Assembly: GCA_045863295.1 (NCBI GenBank)
Contig: BTWA01000006.1
Location: forward strand, 96,001 to 160,000
DNA from: Candidatus Hydrogenedentota bacterium
GTDB taxonomy: Bacteria > Hydrogenedentota > Hydrogenedentia > Hydrogenedentales > SLHB01
Length of the DNA: 64,000 bases
Direction of reading: 5' to 3'
Shown piece after piece: positions 8,247-18,578 of the stretch. The first letter of the stretch is position 1; each line of letters opens with the position of its first letter. The notes beneath the pieces were generated by a model. The model was not told the DNA's origin and did not search any database. It saw only the letters and a list, made by a program, of their open reading frames with translations. The translations under genes and the position numbers were made by a program.

Positions 8247-10442
8247 ATGTCTGATAGTTGTTCGGCGCGACGCCTTCCCAAAGCCGGCGGAGGTTGGCCG
8301 GCCATTCTTTACACGCTTCGAAAGGCCCGGCAAGCAGGCGGTGCTTGGCGATTGTGGAAAGCACTGCGTACAAAGAACGCATGCAAGACGTGCGCGTTGG
8401 GAATGGGTGGACAATCCGGAGGCATGGTAAACGAACTCGGCCACTTTCCGGAAGTCTGCAAAAAATCTATCCAAGCCATGACCGCGGACATGCAAGGCCG
8501 TATCCGGCCGGATTTCTTCAGGGAATTCAGTCTGACTGACCTTGAACGGTTTTCCCCCCGAGAGTTGGAAGCAGCGGGCCGGATCGTAGAGCCGTTATTC
8601 GCCGGATCCGGTGACTCCCACTATCGAACCATTTCATGGGACGAAGCCATCGACCGGATCTCGAAGCGACTTCGTGCGTCGGATCCCGATGAAACGTTCT
8701 TCTACTTCAGTGGACGCTCTTCTAACGAAGCTGGGTTCTTACTCCAACTATTTGCGCGTGTGTATGGCACGAACAACGTCAACAACTGTTCCTATTACTG
8801 CCATCAAGCATCGGGGGTGGGTCTGCATAGCATTTACGGGTCAGGCACAGCAAGCGTGGTCCTGGAAGACGTCGAACATTGCGATGTGCTGTTTCTTGTA
8901 GGGGCCAATCCCGCATCCAATCACCCGCGCCTTATGACGACTATCGACCGCCTCAAGAAGAATGGAGGCAAGGTTATCGTCGTCAACCCGATTCGCGAGG
9001 TCGGCTTGGTTCAATTCAGGATTCCGTCAGTCATGTCCAGTTTTCTCTTTGGAACCAAGATCGCCGACATCTACGTACAACCGCATATTGGCGGTGACAC
9101 GGCTTTTTTCGCGGGACTTGCGAAAGAAATCCTGGAGCGAAACGCCGCTGATTCGAATTTCATCGATCAGCATACGGAAGAATGGTCCGAGTTTGAATCC
9201 TTTATCCGAAGTCTGACGTGGGACGAAGTGGTCGAGAAATCCGGTGTAGACAGAAATACCATTAATTGTGTTGTGGATGTTTATATCGCATCAAAAGGCG
9301 CGATTTTTGCCTGGGCCATGGGCGTTACCCACCATGAACACGGTGTCCAAAACGTGCAAATGATGGGAAACGTGTGTTTGATGCGCGGCATGCTCGGCCG
9401 CCCCCATGCGGGTCTTCTCCCTATTCGCGGACATAGCAATGTGCAGGGGATAGGTTCAATGGGGGTTACACCAAAACTTAAGGAAGCGGTGCTACGCAAC
9501 CTGGAAGCTCATTATGGCGCAACGTTGCCGAGATCCCAAGGGCTCGACACGATGGCCAGTATGGTAAAGGCCGAGGCTGGCGGCATTCGCTGTGCATTTT
9601 GCGTGGGAGGAAATTTGTATGGTTCGAATCCCGACGCTACTTTCGCAAACCGTGCTCTGCGGAGCGTAGACACAGTCATCTATCTGAGCACCACGCTAAA
9701 TACCGGGCATGCCAGAGGCCGCGGCCAGGAAACCCTGATTTTGCCCGTACTGGCACGCGACGAAGAGTCGCAATCAACTACCCAGGAATCAATGTTCAAC
9801 TACGTTCGGCTGAGCGATGGTGGACCCAAACGATACGAAGGGCCGCGAAGCGAAGTGCAAGTAGTCGCAAGCCTGGCACAGCGATTGTTTGGAGATGAAT
9901 CCCCAGTGGACTGGAAAGCCATGGAAGAACACGGCAGAATTCGTGAAGCCATTGCCGCTGTGATTCCAGGCTACGAGGAAGCGGCGGACATCGGAGCAAC
10001 ACGAAAGGAATTCTATATCAAAGGCCGCACATTCCATGCGCCTGCATTCTCCACCCCTTCGGGCCGTGCCCGTTTTCATGCCGCACCTCTCCCGGCTTTG
10101 AAGGGCGGAAACGGAGCTTTTCGTCTGATGACGCTTCGTTCCGAGGGACAGTTCAATACAGTCGTGTACGAAGAAGAAGACTATTACCGAGGTCAGGAAC
10201 GGCGAGACATAATCCTGATGCACCGGCAAGACATACTCCGCTTGGGATTGCGTGAGGACCAGCCGGTATCGGTGAGAAGCGCCACGGGAATCATGCAGGG
10301 CATTCACGTGCGCGAGTTTGATATACGCCAGGGAAATGTCGCCATGTATTATCCTGAGGCCAATGTGCTCGTACCGCGCGCCCTCGACGCCCAATCAAAG
10401 ACACCGGCCTTCAAAAGTATCGCTGTCCACATCGAGTTCTGA
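8247..10442 (+). CDS. FdhF/YdeP-family molybdopterin oxidoreductase (formate dehydrogenase alpha-like)
   Basis: GGGWPA, CKTCALGMGG, SGRSSNEA, NNCSYYCHQAS, PIRGHSNVQG, TLRSEGQFNTVVY, SKTPAFKS. Confidence 0.92.
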   Translation: MSDSCSARRLPKAGGGWPAILYTLRKARQAGGAWRLWKALRTKNACKTCALGMGGQSGGMVNELGHFPEVCKKSIQAMTADMQGRIRPDFFREFSLTDLERFSPRELEAAGRIVEPLFAGSGDSHYRTISWDEAIDRISKRLRASDPDETFFYFSGRSSNEAGFLLQLFARVYGTNNVNNCSYYCHQASGVGLHSIYGSGTASVVLEDVEHCDVLFLVGANPASNHPRLMTTIDRLKKNGGKVIVVNPIREVGLVQFRIPSVMSSFLFGTKIADIYVQPHIGGDTAFFAGLAKEILERNAADSNFIDQHTEEWSEFESFIRSLTWDEVVEKSGVDRNTINCVVDVYIASKGAIFAWAMGVTHHEHGVQNVQMMGNVCLMRGMLGRPHAGLLPIRGHSNVQGIGSMGVTPKLKEAVLRNLEAHYGATLPRSQGLDTMASMVKAEAGGIRCAFCVGGNLYGSNPDATFANRALRSVDTVIYLSTTLNTGHARGRGQETLILPVLARDEESQSTTQESMFNYVRLSDGGPKRYEGPRSEVQVVASLAQRLFGDESPVDWKAMEEHGRIREAIAAVIPGYEEAADIGATRKEFYIKGRTFHAPAFSTPSGRARFHAAPLPALKGGNGAFRLMTLRSEGQFNTVVYEEEDYYRGQERRDIILMHRQDILRLGLREDQPVSVRSATGIMQGIHVREFDIRQGNVAMYYPEANVLVPRALDAQSKTPAFKSIAVHIEF

Positions 10443-10472
10443 TGCCTTGTACCGCTTAAAAAGGGCTGACGT

Positions 10473-11258
10473 ATGTCTCTGTTTCTGCTCACAATCGGCT
10501 TGTGTGCTGCTTCTCACCTGAGCGGTGACCAAACCGAACACGTAGAATCCATGACCCACTTCCCGCACCCCCTCGGACAATCGCAGATTTATCGGAATGT
10601 GTACAAGTCGGCTGTCGGTCCGGGAAATCACGTCGCAACTATATCGTGGATCCGGGCGATTACCGTCATAAAGCACATCCAGATTCCCGAGGGCACCATG
10701 GTAATTCGCCGGGTGACCAACTCGAATATTCAGTACGACGTCCCCGAGGATGCTACTGAGACAAGCTTACAATGGTTTCGAGAGAATCTTGCCAATGATA
10801 GAACCGATCACCTGCTGTTTGCCGGTGACTATGTATATGAAGTTGACGATAGAGTTTGGAATCATTCCGCCAACCAGTTGATGCCTGACTTTGCACGATC
10901 CCTTGCCCAAGGCGGAGTTACGCCATGTCTACATTTTCCCTTGAAACTGCGCGACAAATGGTCTGAACGTACCCGCGAAGAGGCCGATAGCGAGTTGACA
11001 GCAAGATTTGAAGCCGGACAAGGGCCGGCTCCGAATCCAGGGCTTTGGTATTGGATCGTCCAAGCCGTGGAACCGATCGAGACTCCATTCGGCCAGATAG
11101 AAAATACATACCAACTTCGATATCAAACACTCGGCGGATACGAGGCACGTTGGTTTAAGCAGGGAGTAGGTTTTGTACGGTTTGAGAACAAGCACGGTGG
11201 ATCCTATTTTGAATCCAGTTCGGAACTGATCGCTGTCAAGCCCAATACGACAGATTGA
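10473..11258 (+). CDS. Hypothetical exported protein
   Basis: Hydrophobic N-terminus; C-terminal ETPFG...WFKQGVGFVR resembles the DUF3108-like beta fold. Confidence 0.6.
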   Translation: MSLFLLTIGLCAASHLSGDQTEHVESMTHFPHPLGQSQIYRNVYKSAVGPGNHVATISWIRAITVIKHIQIPEGTMVIRRVTNSNIQYDVPEDATETSLQWFRENLANDRTDHLLFAGDYVYEVDDRVWNHSANQLMPDFARSLAQGGVTPCLHFPLKLRDKWSERTREEADSELTARFEAGQGPAPNPGLWYWIVQAVEPIETPFGQIENTYQLRYQTLGGYEARWFKQGVGFVRFENKHGGSYFESSSELIAVKPNTTD

Positions 11259-11377
11259 GCTAACACAGAAAGTTAGGACATTGGCCATTCATAGCCCAGG
11301 AAAAACACGGTCCCATTGCGCATTGAGCAAGAGAATTTGTAGAATCTGCCACCCAATTCCGAGGGATGGAGCGACAC

Positions 11378-12499
11378 ATGACTGTACTTGCCGACCGGAT
11401 GAAAAAAATTGACGCAAGTGGAATACGAAAAATATTCGCCCTGGCGGCAAAACTGAAAGATCCAATCAATCTCAGCATTGGCCAACCCGACTATGATGTC
11501 GACCAAATTGTAAAAGACGTGGCCGTAGAGGCCATCCAAGATGGCTTTAATTCCTATACGCAAACCTGGGGCACAGAGGAATTGCGAGAAGCCTGTTCCG
11601 CATATTATGAGCGTACTTTTGGGACACCCCTCAAAAACGTCATGATCACATCGGGGGTCTCAGGGGGCCTTTTTTTGGCGCTCATGGCGACAATTAATCC
11701 CGGCGACGAAGTTATTTTCGGCGATCCCTACTTCGTGATGTACAAGCATTTGGTAAATTTGCTTGGGGGAACGCCGGTCCCGGTTAACACGTATCCCGAT
11801 TTTCGACTGACGCCAGAACGCGTCAAGCAGGCGATTACGTCCAAAACCAAGATGTTGATTGTTAATTCCCCATCCAACCCCACGGGCGTCGTGTTGAATG
11901 CCTCCGAGTTGGCAGCTCTCGCCGACCTGGCACGAAAGCATAACCTGTTGGTTCTGTCCGACGAGATTTACGAGGGGCTTTCCTATGACGGTGATCGTGC
12001 ATCCATGGCGGGTAAGTACGAGCATGTTATCGTCCTCAACGGCTTCTCCAAGATTGCAGCGATGACGGGCTGGCGTGTCGGATACGCCGCCGGTCCTGAC
12101 GATGTGATTCAGGCAATGAATACCTTGCAGCAGTATACCTTTGTGTGTGCGCCAAGTTTCGCGCAAAAGGCAGCGGTAAAAGCGCTGAACACCGATCACT
12201 CCGCCAAAATTGACGCCTACAGAAAGAAAAGAGACATTATCCATGATGGCCTGACCCAACTCGGATTCCACGCGGTGAAACCCGGAGGCGCCTTTTACAT
12301 CTTTCCGCAAGCCCCGTCGGGGAACGGAGATCTGTTTGTGGCCAAAGCCATCGAAAACGGACTCCTCATAATTCCAGGGTCAGTTTTCAGCGATCAGAAT
12401 TCCCATTTCCGAATCAGCTTCGCCGCGACTGACTCTACCCTTCACAGGGGTATCGCCTTGCTGGAGCGGCTCCGCAACGAAACCTTGGCGGCCGTCTGA
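11378..12499 (+). CDS. PLP-dependent aminotransferase class I/II
   Basis: INLSIGQPD, NSPSNPTG, LSDEIY, GFSKIAAMTGWRVG. Confidence 0.93.
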   Translation: MTVLADRMKKIDASGIRKIFALAAKLKDPINLSIGQPDYDVDQIVKDVAVEAIQDGFNSYTQTWGTEELREACSAYYERTFGTPLKNVMITSGVSGGLFLALMATINPGDEVIFGDPYFVMYKHLVNLLGGTPVPVNTYPDFRLTPERVKQAITSKTKMLIVNSPSNPTGVVLNASELAALADLARKHNLLVLSDEIYEGLSYDGDRASMAGKYEHVIVLNGFSKIAAMTGWRVGYAAGPDDVIQAMNTLQQYTFVCAPSFAQKAAVKALNTDHSAKIDAYRKKRDIIHDGLTQLGFHAVKPGGAFYIFPQAPSGNGDLFVAKAIENGLLIIPGSVFSDQNSHFRISFAATDSTLHRGIALLERLRNETLAAV

Positions 12500-12595
12500 A
12501 TCCGGCGGCCAGGATGGTCATCCACCCGAATTTCAGTGGTGGCCTTCGTGCGGCTCTGATATACTTGGGCGTTTAAATAAAGGGGGCCGTGGACC

Positions 12596-13696
12596 ATGAT
12601 AACCCTGCAGAAGATACTGACCTATGCCGTGAAGAACGGGGCTTCTGACGTCCATTTGACGGTAGGAAGTCCGCCTGCAGTTCGTATTGATGGCGTTATT
12701 CGATTCATTCGCGATGTCGAGATCCTGAAGCCTGAGGATACCCTACGCTTTCTCGACGACATGATGACCCCCAAGGAAAGAGACACTCTATTGGAAAAAG
12801 GTGACGCAGACCTTGCCCTGAGCGTGCCGGGTCTCGGCCGGTTTCGCGTAAACTGTATGAAGCAGCGCAGTTCCATTGGCATCGTGATGCGACACGTAAA
12901 AGGCAAGATTCTCAATTTTGACGAACTGAATCTCCCGCTCGGGATGGAGTTGCTCACGAGAATGCCTCGGGGCCTCGTGCTCGTTACCGGAACTACCGGT
13001 AGCGGCAAGTCAACAACATTGGCTTCAGTCATTGACAAGATTAACGAGTCCAGACGTGGTCACATCATCACGCTGGAAGACCCGATTGAATATCTTTATG
13101 TCAACAAGAAGAGCATCATCTCGCAGCGCGAGATGGGCATAGACACCCAGAATTTCCATACAGCATTGCGGGCCGCAATGCGTGAAGATCCCGATGTAAT
13201 TCTTATTGGTGAAATGCGAGACAAAGATACGTTTCAGGCGGCCATTTCTGCCGCTGAAACCGGTCACCTGGTATTCAGTACCCTGCATACAACCAACGCA
13301 ATGCTGACCATCGACCGCATCTTGGACCTCTTTCCTTCCAATCAACAGGATCAAGTGCGGTCTCAGCTATCGCTGCAGTTGAAAGCGTGCGTTGCCCAGC
13401 GTCTCCTGCAGACAACCGACGGAAAAGGACGCGTCCCGGCCGTTGAAATCCTCATCAGCAACCCGGCAATTGCGGCATTGATACGGGAAAACAACGTCAA
13501 GATGATTCCCAACGCAATTGCGGCAGGCAAAGAAGACGGCATGCAGACTTTTAACATGAGCCTCGTTGATTTAGTGAAGCGAAAGCTCGTTTCGCAAGAA
13601 GAGGCAGAATGGGCGTCGGACAACCCGGAAGAATTGAAGATGAACCTGCAAGGTATCTTTTTGAGTTCGGGACGAGGCGGAATACTTAAGAAATAA
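12596..13696 (+). CDS. pilT: Type IV pilus retraction ATPase, PilT/PilU family
   Basis: ASDVHL, GTTGSGKSTT, TLEDPIE, REDPDVILIGEMRD, AAETGHLVFSTLHT, GMQTF. PilT versus PilU is not resolved. Confidence 0.88.
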   Translation: MITLQKILTYAVKNGASDVHLTVGSPPAVRIDGVIRFIRDVEILKPEDTLRFLDDMMTPKERDTLLEKGDADLALSVPGLGRFRVNCMKQRSSIGIVMRHVKGKILNFDELNLPLGMELLTRMPRGLVLVTGTTGSGKSTTLASVIDKINESRRGHIITLEDPIEYLYVNKKSIISQREMGIDTQNFHTALRAAMREDPDVILIGEMRDKDTFQAAISAAETGHLVFSTLHTTNAMLTIDRILDLFPSNQQDQVRSQLSLQLKACVAQRLLQTTDGKGRVPAVEILISNPAIAALIRENNVKMIPNAIAAGKEDGMQTFNMSLVDLVKRKLVSQEEAEWASDNPEELKMNLQGIFLSSGRGGILKK

Positions 13697-13751
13697 ATAG
13701 ATGGTTGGCTCAGCATCGGTCTGCTCGCACGAGGGAAGGGTTTTCTCCCGC

Positions 13752-15017
13752 TTATACGGGCCGGTCGTAAATCTTCTCGGGGCCACGGAAGGGGTCGTAG
13801 ACCGTAATCCCTTCCGGTCCGAAACCCGCTGTAACGTGCGCCCCTTTGCCCGACTCGAAATACGAGAAATTGCGGCGAATTACTTCGCGCGCCGCCTGCA
13901 CGATCAACGCAGTCAAGCGGCCCTCTTCCGCGTCCGGGTAAGACCCTCTTAATGCCTCCGTGCTCCGGCCCAGAAACTTGATTTCAGAAACTTTGGCCAG
14001 ACAGACTACGAGACTGTCAATACCGTAGCCAACATAGGCGTGGCTGCCGTCTTCTCGCCGGACGTCGCGTGTAAAATGACTATTGCGAGTCTGAGTCCCT
14101 TTGCCTTGCTCATGGTAACGCAGACCCCTGTACTGTGAATCGGATTCGATCATTCCGCGCGTGCCGCAAATCATGCTTTCCTGATTCACGGGCGCCTCGA
14201 ATTCATCCGGAACAATCCAATTGTTTACAAAATCGATGCTCATGCCGTTATCAAACTGAATCTTGACCTGAACGGAATCAAAGGCGTCCATGCCATATTC
14301 TTGGCGCAATTTTACTTTCTGGCCCACCGCATGCAGACTTACCGGCTTCACGCCAAAATAGGAAATGAATAGATCCGTCCAATGACAACCGACATAACTG
14401 AACGGATCGCTTTGCTCAGCCCACTTCCGGAACACCTGCGTGGATATCGATAGCGGCTCTTCCAAAACCGCCCGTCCGTACAGCGGTGTCCCAATACGCT
14501 TCGACAAATCGTCGCGAATGCGCAAATGGTCGGGGTCGTAGCGTTTGTGCATATCGACCCCGACCAGACAATGAGACTCACGCGCGGCAGCAACAATGGC
14601 GTCCGCTTCATACCCGTCCAGTGTCATGGGCTTTTCGGTAATCACATGGACACCGCGCTTCAAGGCCGCAAGTATCGGTGCGGCATGCAAATGGTCTGGC
14701 GTGGCGACCGCCAGCACATCCAAATCCGGATGCTCGTTGAGCATGTCTTCCCAAGGAGTCTCGCCATGATATAGCGCGAATTCCATCCCTTGGGGAGCAT
14801 ACTCCCGCAATTTGGATTGGCCTGTCTGTTCCGACCGGGTCGCCAAAGCAATGAAACGGATTTCCACGTCACCCAAGGGTCGGGCAAGCGTGTCCAACCC
14901 CAACCGGCCCAGCCAGGGAGTTAGTCCATTCAAGTGCAATTGGCAAAATGTGCGCATGTGCACATCGCCGCCAAACATTCCCGCGCCAACCAGGCCAACC
15001 GTCAGAACCCGGGTCAT
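13752..15017 (-). CDS. Gfo/Idh/MocA-family oxidoreductase
   Basis: LVGAGMFG, VATPDHLH, TEKPM, DMHKRYDP. Confidence 0.88.
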   Translation of the reverse strand: MTRVLTVGLVGAGMFGGDVHMRTFCQLHLNGLTPWLGRLGLDTLARPLGDVEIRFIALATRSEQTGQSKLREYAPQGMEFALYHGETPWEDMLNEHPDLDVLAVATPDHLHAAPILAALKRGVHVITEKPMTLDGYEADAIVAAARESHCLVGVDMHKRYDPDHLRIRDDLSKRIGTPLYGRAVLEEPLSISTQVFRKWAEQSDPFSYVGCHWTDLFISYFGVKPVSLHAVGQKVKLRQEYGMDAFDSVQVKIQFDNGMSIDFVNNWIVPDEFEAPVNQESMICGTRGMIESDSQYRGLRYHEQGKGTQTRNSHFTRDVRREDGSHAYVGYGIDSLVVCLAKVSEIKFLGRSTEALRGSYPDAEEGRLTALIVQAAREVIRRNFSYFESGKGAHVTAGFGPEGITVYDPFRGPEKIYDRPV

Positions 15018-15046
15018 GCCCCACTCCACTTCCTAAAGTAAACGAA

Positions 15047-16075
15047 TTAAATCGCCTCTTCCGCGGCGCCATCCGCGGGTGCCGCCGGTGGCGTCACCTG
15101 CAAATCGGTGACAAGGATGTCAATCTTTAAGGCCGCCTTGCCATCCGCGACAACCTTTTCAATGTGCTCCATTTGCTTCTGACCGGTCAGACCCTCGCGA
15201 ATCTTGCCCGACGCCTCTTCCTTGCTCACTTGGCCCTTCGCTGTGACCGTAAGGAAGTGCCAACCAAACTGCGTCTTGAAAGGTGCCGAGACTTTGCCCA
15301 CTTCGGTGCCGAACGCCACGGACTCAAACTCCGGAACCATCACACCACGAACTACGTTGTCGTAGGCGCCACCATTGTCTTTCGATCCGGGATCGTCGGA
15401 GACTTCCTTGGCCACGTCAGCAAACGCTTCACCATCCGTCACGCGCTTGTGCGCCGCATCAATTTCGACCTTTGCGGTCGTCCAGGCATCTTCGGATGGG
15501 TCATCCACCTTAACCAGAATGTGCGCCACGTTCACCGAATCCAGCTCACCCGCAGTCTTCGACTTTTCGTATTGAGCCTCTATATCTGCATCCGTGACTT
15601 GGACCTCATCCATCTTGGCTTGGGTAAACGCACGAATAGCGCCGCCGCGCGCAATCATGTCCCGAAAGTCAGCTTCCGTAAGTCCTTCAGACTTGAGCGC
15701 GTCCTCGAACGACATACCGGCTGGCATGTTCTTTTTCGTTTCGGCAACCTTGCTATCGATTTCATCGTCTTTCAACGCGAAACCTTCTTTTTGCGCCAGA
15801 ATGAAAAGCACATGATTATCAATCAGGGAATCCAAAATATTCTTCATCTGCTCGGCGGTGAACGCCTCCGGCGGCTCGCTCCCGGTCATCTGGGCCTGCA
15901 TCGCCTGGCGCTGGCGAATCATGGCGATCGCCTTGTCAAACTCCTTCTGGGTCACGGTCTCCGTATCGCCTACCTTGGCAATGACGGCCTCCTCGGCCAT
16001 GGCCGGCGAAACTGCCAACGCGGCAGCCGCTACGCCTGCGGCGACAACGAGGGGCTTCAGAAACGACAAACGCAT
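15047..16075 (-). CDS. Exported parvulin peptidyl-prolyl isomerase (SurA/PrsA-like)
   Basis: Signal peptide ending AMA-EE; HILVK, FADVAKEVSDDPGSKDNGG, MVPEFE, KTQFGWH. Confidence 0.92.
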   Translation of the reverse strand: MRLSFLKPLVVAAGVAAAALAVSPAMAEEAVIAKVGDTETVTQKEFDKAIAMIRQRQAMQAQMTGSEPPEAFTAEQMKNILDSLIDNHVLFILAQKEGFALKDDEIDSKVAETKKNMPAGMSFEDALKSEGLTEADFRDMIARGGAIRAFTQAKMDEVQVTDADIEAQYEKSKTAGELDSVNVAHILVKVDDPSEDAWTTAKVEIDAAHKRVTDGEAFADVAKEVSDDPGSKDNGGAYDNVVRGVMVPEFESVAFGTEVGKVSAPFKTQFGWHFLTVTAKGQVSKEEASGKIREGLTGQKQMEHIEKVVADGKAALKIDILVTDLQVTPPAAPADGAAEEAI

Positions 16076-16348
16076 ACACTGGTCTCCTGGAGCAGGATTT
16101 ATTTGACCTGCTTGTTAACGCGAAACCACGGGGACGGCATGGCCTGGACTGGCTTCAGCAAGGCGTCATGCATTGCGACAGGCAACGAGACGTATGTGGT
16201 TTGCAGCTAAGGACGATTTGGCTTCAGCTTTCTTGAATTTCGATTCTGACGCTGTGGACTCTGCCAGAAGCGCTATACTTTAAATCCGCAGCAATTTTGA
16301 TTCTATGTAAGTAATACCGAATTCAGTGGCCTGCACCTGGCCAAGTCT

Positions 16349-17398
16349 TTACAGGTCCACCGGCCTACCAGTCTCCGCCGATCGATAAATTGCTTCTATT
16401 AGCTCGACTGCGCGCCGGCCTTCCCGGCCCACGATGGCGGGCTCCCGTCCGTCGCGAATGGCAAGCGCAAAATCCTCAATCTGCCTGCGATGCGCTTCGT
16501 GCTTGAGATTGGCCAGTGGATCCGCCGCGCCGGAACCTGTTGCACTGCCCTGATTCAACCGATCCACGATGGCCTTGTCTTCCGGAAGCTCATTCTTGAA
16601 CTTCCACGATACAATTTCGCCATCTTCCAAGACAACCGAACCCTCGGTCCCATGAATCTCCACGCGAGCAGGATGTCCCGGCCAGATCGCTGTACTCCCC
16701 TCAATACAGCCCATGGCCCCGTTCTCAAATTGAAGCATCGCGCACGCCAAGTCTTCGACTTCCAGCCCCTCATGACCTACCAAAGCCGTTTGAGCTGTGA
16801 CGCGCTTCACAGGGCCAAAGTACCAAAGAAGCAAGTCGATCTGGTGAATACCCTGGTTCATTAGACACCCACCGCCATCGAGCTTACGGGTACCGCGCCA
16901 AGCCCCACTATTGTAATACTCTTGGGACCGATACCACTTAATGTACGCATCGCCTAGCACCAATTTGCCAAATCGGCCAGAGTTCAGGGCGCGTTGGATC
17001 TCCCTGGGTCCGTCCGCGAAACGGTACTGAAAGATGCACCCCAACAAAACATTCGCTTCATCTACGGCCGCAAGTATTCGATCAATACGGTCAGTCGATA
17101 CTTCCAACGGCTTTTCAGACAAAATGTGTTTGCCGGCTTTGGCGCAAACCTCGGCAATTTCCGCCCGCATTCCGCTCGGCACGCAGAGACTGACCGCATG
17201 CAAATCCGGCCGCTGTATCATTTCTTTGTAATCCGAATAGACATCCGCGCCGTACTTCCCCGCTAGCGCTTCGGCATTCTTGGGAACCACGTCGGACACG
17301 GCAACGAGCTTTGCAGACGGTATTTCGGATATGGCAAGGGCATGAATCGGGCCGATATTTCCGCATCCAATTAACCCGAAGCCAATTCGGTCAGCCAT
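16349..17398 (-). CDS. Gfo/Idh/MocA-family oxidoreductase
   Basis: IGCGNIG, SEKPL, WRGTRKLDGGGCLMNQGIHQID. Confidence 0.92.
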   Translation of the reverse strand: MADRIGFGLIGCGNIGPIHALAISEIPSAKLVAVSDVVPKNAEALAGKYGADVYSDYKEMIQRPDLHAVSLCVPSGMRAEIAEVCAKAGKHILSEKPLEVSTDRIDRILAAVDEANVLLGCIFQYRFADGPREIQRALNSGRFGKLVLGDAYIKWYRSQEYYNSGAWRGTRKLDGGGCLMNQGIHQIDLLLWYFGPVKRVTAQTALVGHEGLEVEDLACAMLQFENGAMGCIEGSTAIWPGHPARVEIHGTEGSVVLEDGEIVSWKFKNELPEDKAIVDRLNQGSATGSGAADPLANLKHEAHRRQIEDFALAIRDGREPAIVGREGRRAVELIEAIYRSAETGRPVDL

Positions 17399-17497
17399 TG
17401 TGTACACCTTTCTTCATACGGGCACCCCAAGCCTAGCCTGTCGGATCCCACGATTGGGCTGCAAAAGCAGATATGATGAAGGGCGAAACATGGCAAT

Positions 17498-18484
17498 TCA
17501 AGCTGTAGTTTCCCCGTCACCGTTCAAATCCGCTTTCCGCAGGGCTGATCTTCGTGTGCGAAACAATAAAAGCAACCCCAGACCGAGAGCGGCGAGCCCG
17601 ATCCATTGGGACACGGCCAAACCGCCGATCACGTACACCCGGGTGGCCAGAAGGCTATCGAGGGTCAAACGCAATACCCCGTAGGATAGGAGCACAAAGG
17701 CAAGCGTCGCACCCCGACATGGACCCTTCCGATAGATCTGCTCTGCCACAATCCCCAATGCCAAGGCAGCCAACGAGAAAAGAATCGGCGTGGGCCAAAC
17801 CGGAAGGCTTCGCGTCTGACCCGCGAGATGCGCGATGTCGGTTGCGCTCTTGCCTGAGACTTCGTCCGGAAAGCGGTCCAATAATCGTTGAAACTGCTCA
17901 CGGCGCAAATGCAGGAACTGTTCGTGGCCCCAGAGGTTGGTTTCGCCTTCCGCGGTGGTGTGAACCAATCCGCGAGGGGGCACAATCAAATTGGAGCGCC
18001 ATTGGGTCTCATACGGTGTGCTTCCATAGGGATAGGTTATGCCCAGATAGGCAGGCGCAAGGCCACCGGCACAGCACCCGGCAAATACGCATCCCCATTT
18101 AGCCACCGCAAGACCAAGTAGTGCCGAAGGAGCGAGCGCGTCGAGATAGTCGACCGCTTTGAGTCGCAGTGGCGCGAGTCCAATCAACAATGCTACTCCT
18201 GCGCCAATGGCAAATACCGTAAAGGAGGACGGTGCCTTTTGAAAAGGAGAGAACACACGCAAGCCCAATGCCTCGTGCCGAGGATCAAACAACAGGGTGG
18301 ACCGGCTCAACATCCATCCGCATAACAACGCCACGGACAGCATGGGGATGAGTAAAATAAAGTGTATGTCGTCCCTTTTGACACGCCAGAATAGGGTGGC
18401 AAGCGCGGTCAATACGGCAAGTAGTATAGCTGTCGAATAGGCGCCGATGTATGTATTGCCTATGGAAAACAGAACCGGACGCAC
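17498..18484 (-). CDS. Divergent prolipoprotein diacylglyceryl transferase (Lgt) paralogue
   Basis: Start (M)RPVLFSIG..AY; DALAPSALLGLAVAKWGCVFAGCCAG; GITYPYGS; SLPVWPT; YGVLRL.LD; SQWIGL. The Lgt scaffold is recognisable but several canonical motifs are altered. Confidence 0.82.
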   Translation of the reverse strand: MRPVLFSIGNTYIGAYSTAILLAVLTALATLFWRVKRDDIHFILLIPMLSVALLCGWMLSRSTLLFDPRHEALGLRVFSPFQKAPSSFTVFAIGAGVALLIGLAPLRLKAVDYLDALAPSALLGLAVAKWGCVFAGCCAGGLAPAYLGITYPYGSTPYETQWRSNLIVPPRGLVHTTAEGETNLWGHEQFLHLRREQFQRLLDRFPDEVSGKSATDIAHLAGQTRSLPVWPTPILFSLAALALGIVAEQIYRKGPCRGATLAFVLLSYGVLRLTLDSLLATRVYVIGGLAVSQWIGLAALGLGLLLLFRTRRSALRKADLNGDGETTA

Positions 18485-18494
18485 CTGTGTCACC

Positions 18495-18536
18495 TAAAAA
18501 CGTTGGAGACACCCCACTTGGAAAGGGTGTCTCCAA
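18495..18536 (-). terminator. Terminator-like hairpin between the peptide gene and the lgt paralogue
   Basis: 12-bp stem TTGGAGACACCC (18503-18514) / GGGTGTCTCCAA (18525-18536), followed on the minus strand by CGTTTTT, then AGGTG (RBS) and the lgt start. Confidence 0.7.
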
Positions 18537-18578
18537 TTTGCCAAAGTTTCTATGCCGCACAAACGCGCGGCACGTCTG

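Noticed and set aside
8247..10442. Selenocysteine in the FdhF-like protein
   Set aside because: No in-frame TGA; Cys is present in CHQAS.
15164..16210. 348-aa plus-strand ORF, and similar long antisense ORFs such as 7599-8495, 2879-3739, 49092-49934 and 53366-54316
   Set aside because: They lie opposite well-supported genes and have no motifs; typical shadows in GC-rich DNA.
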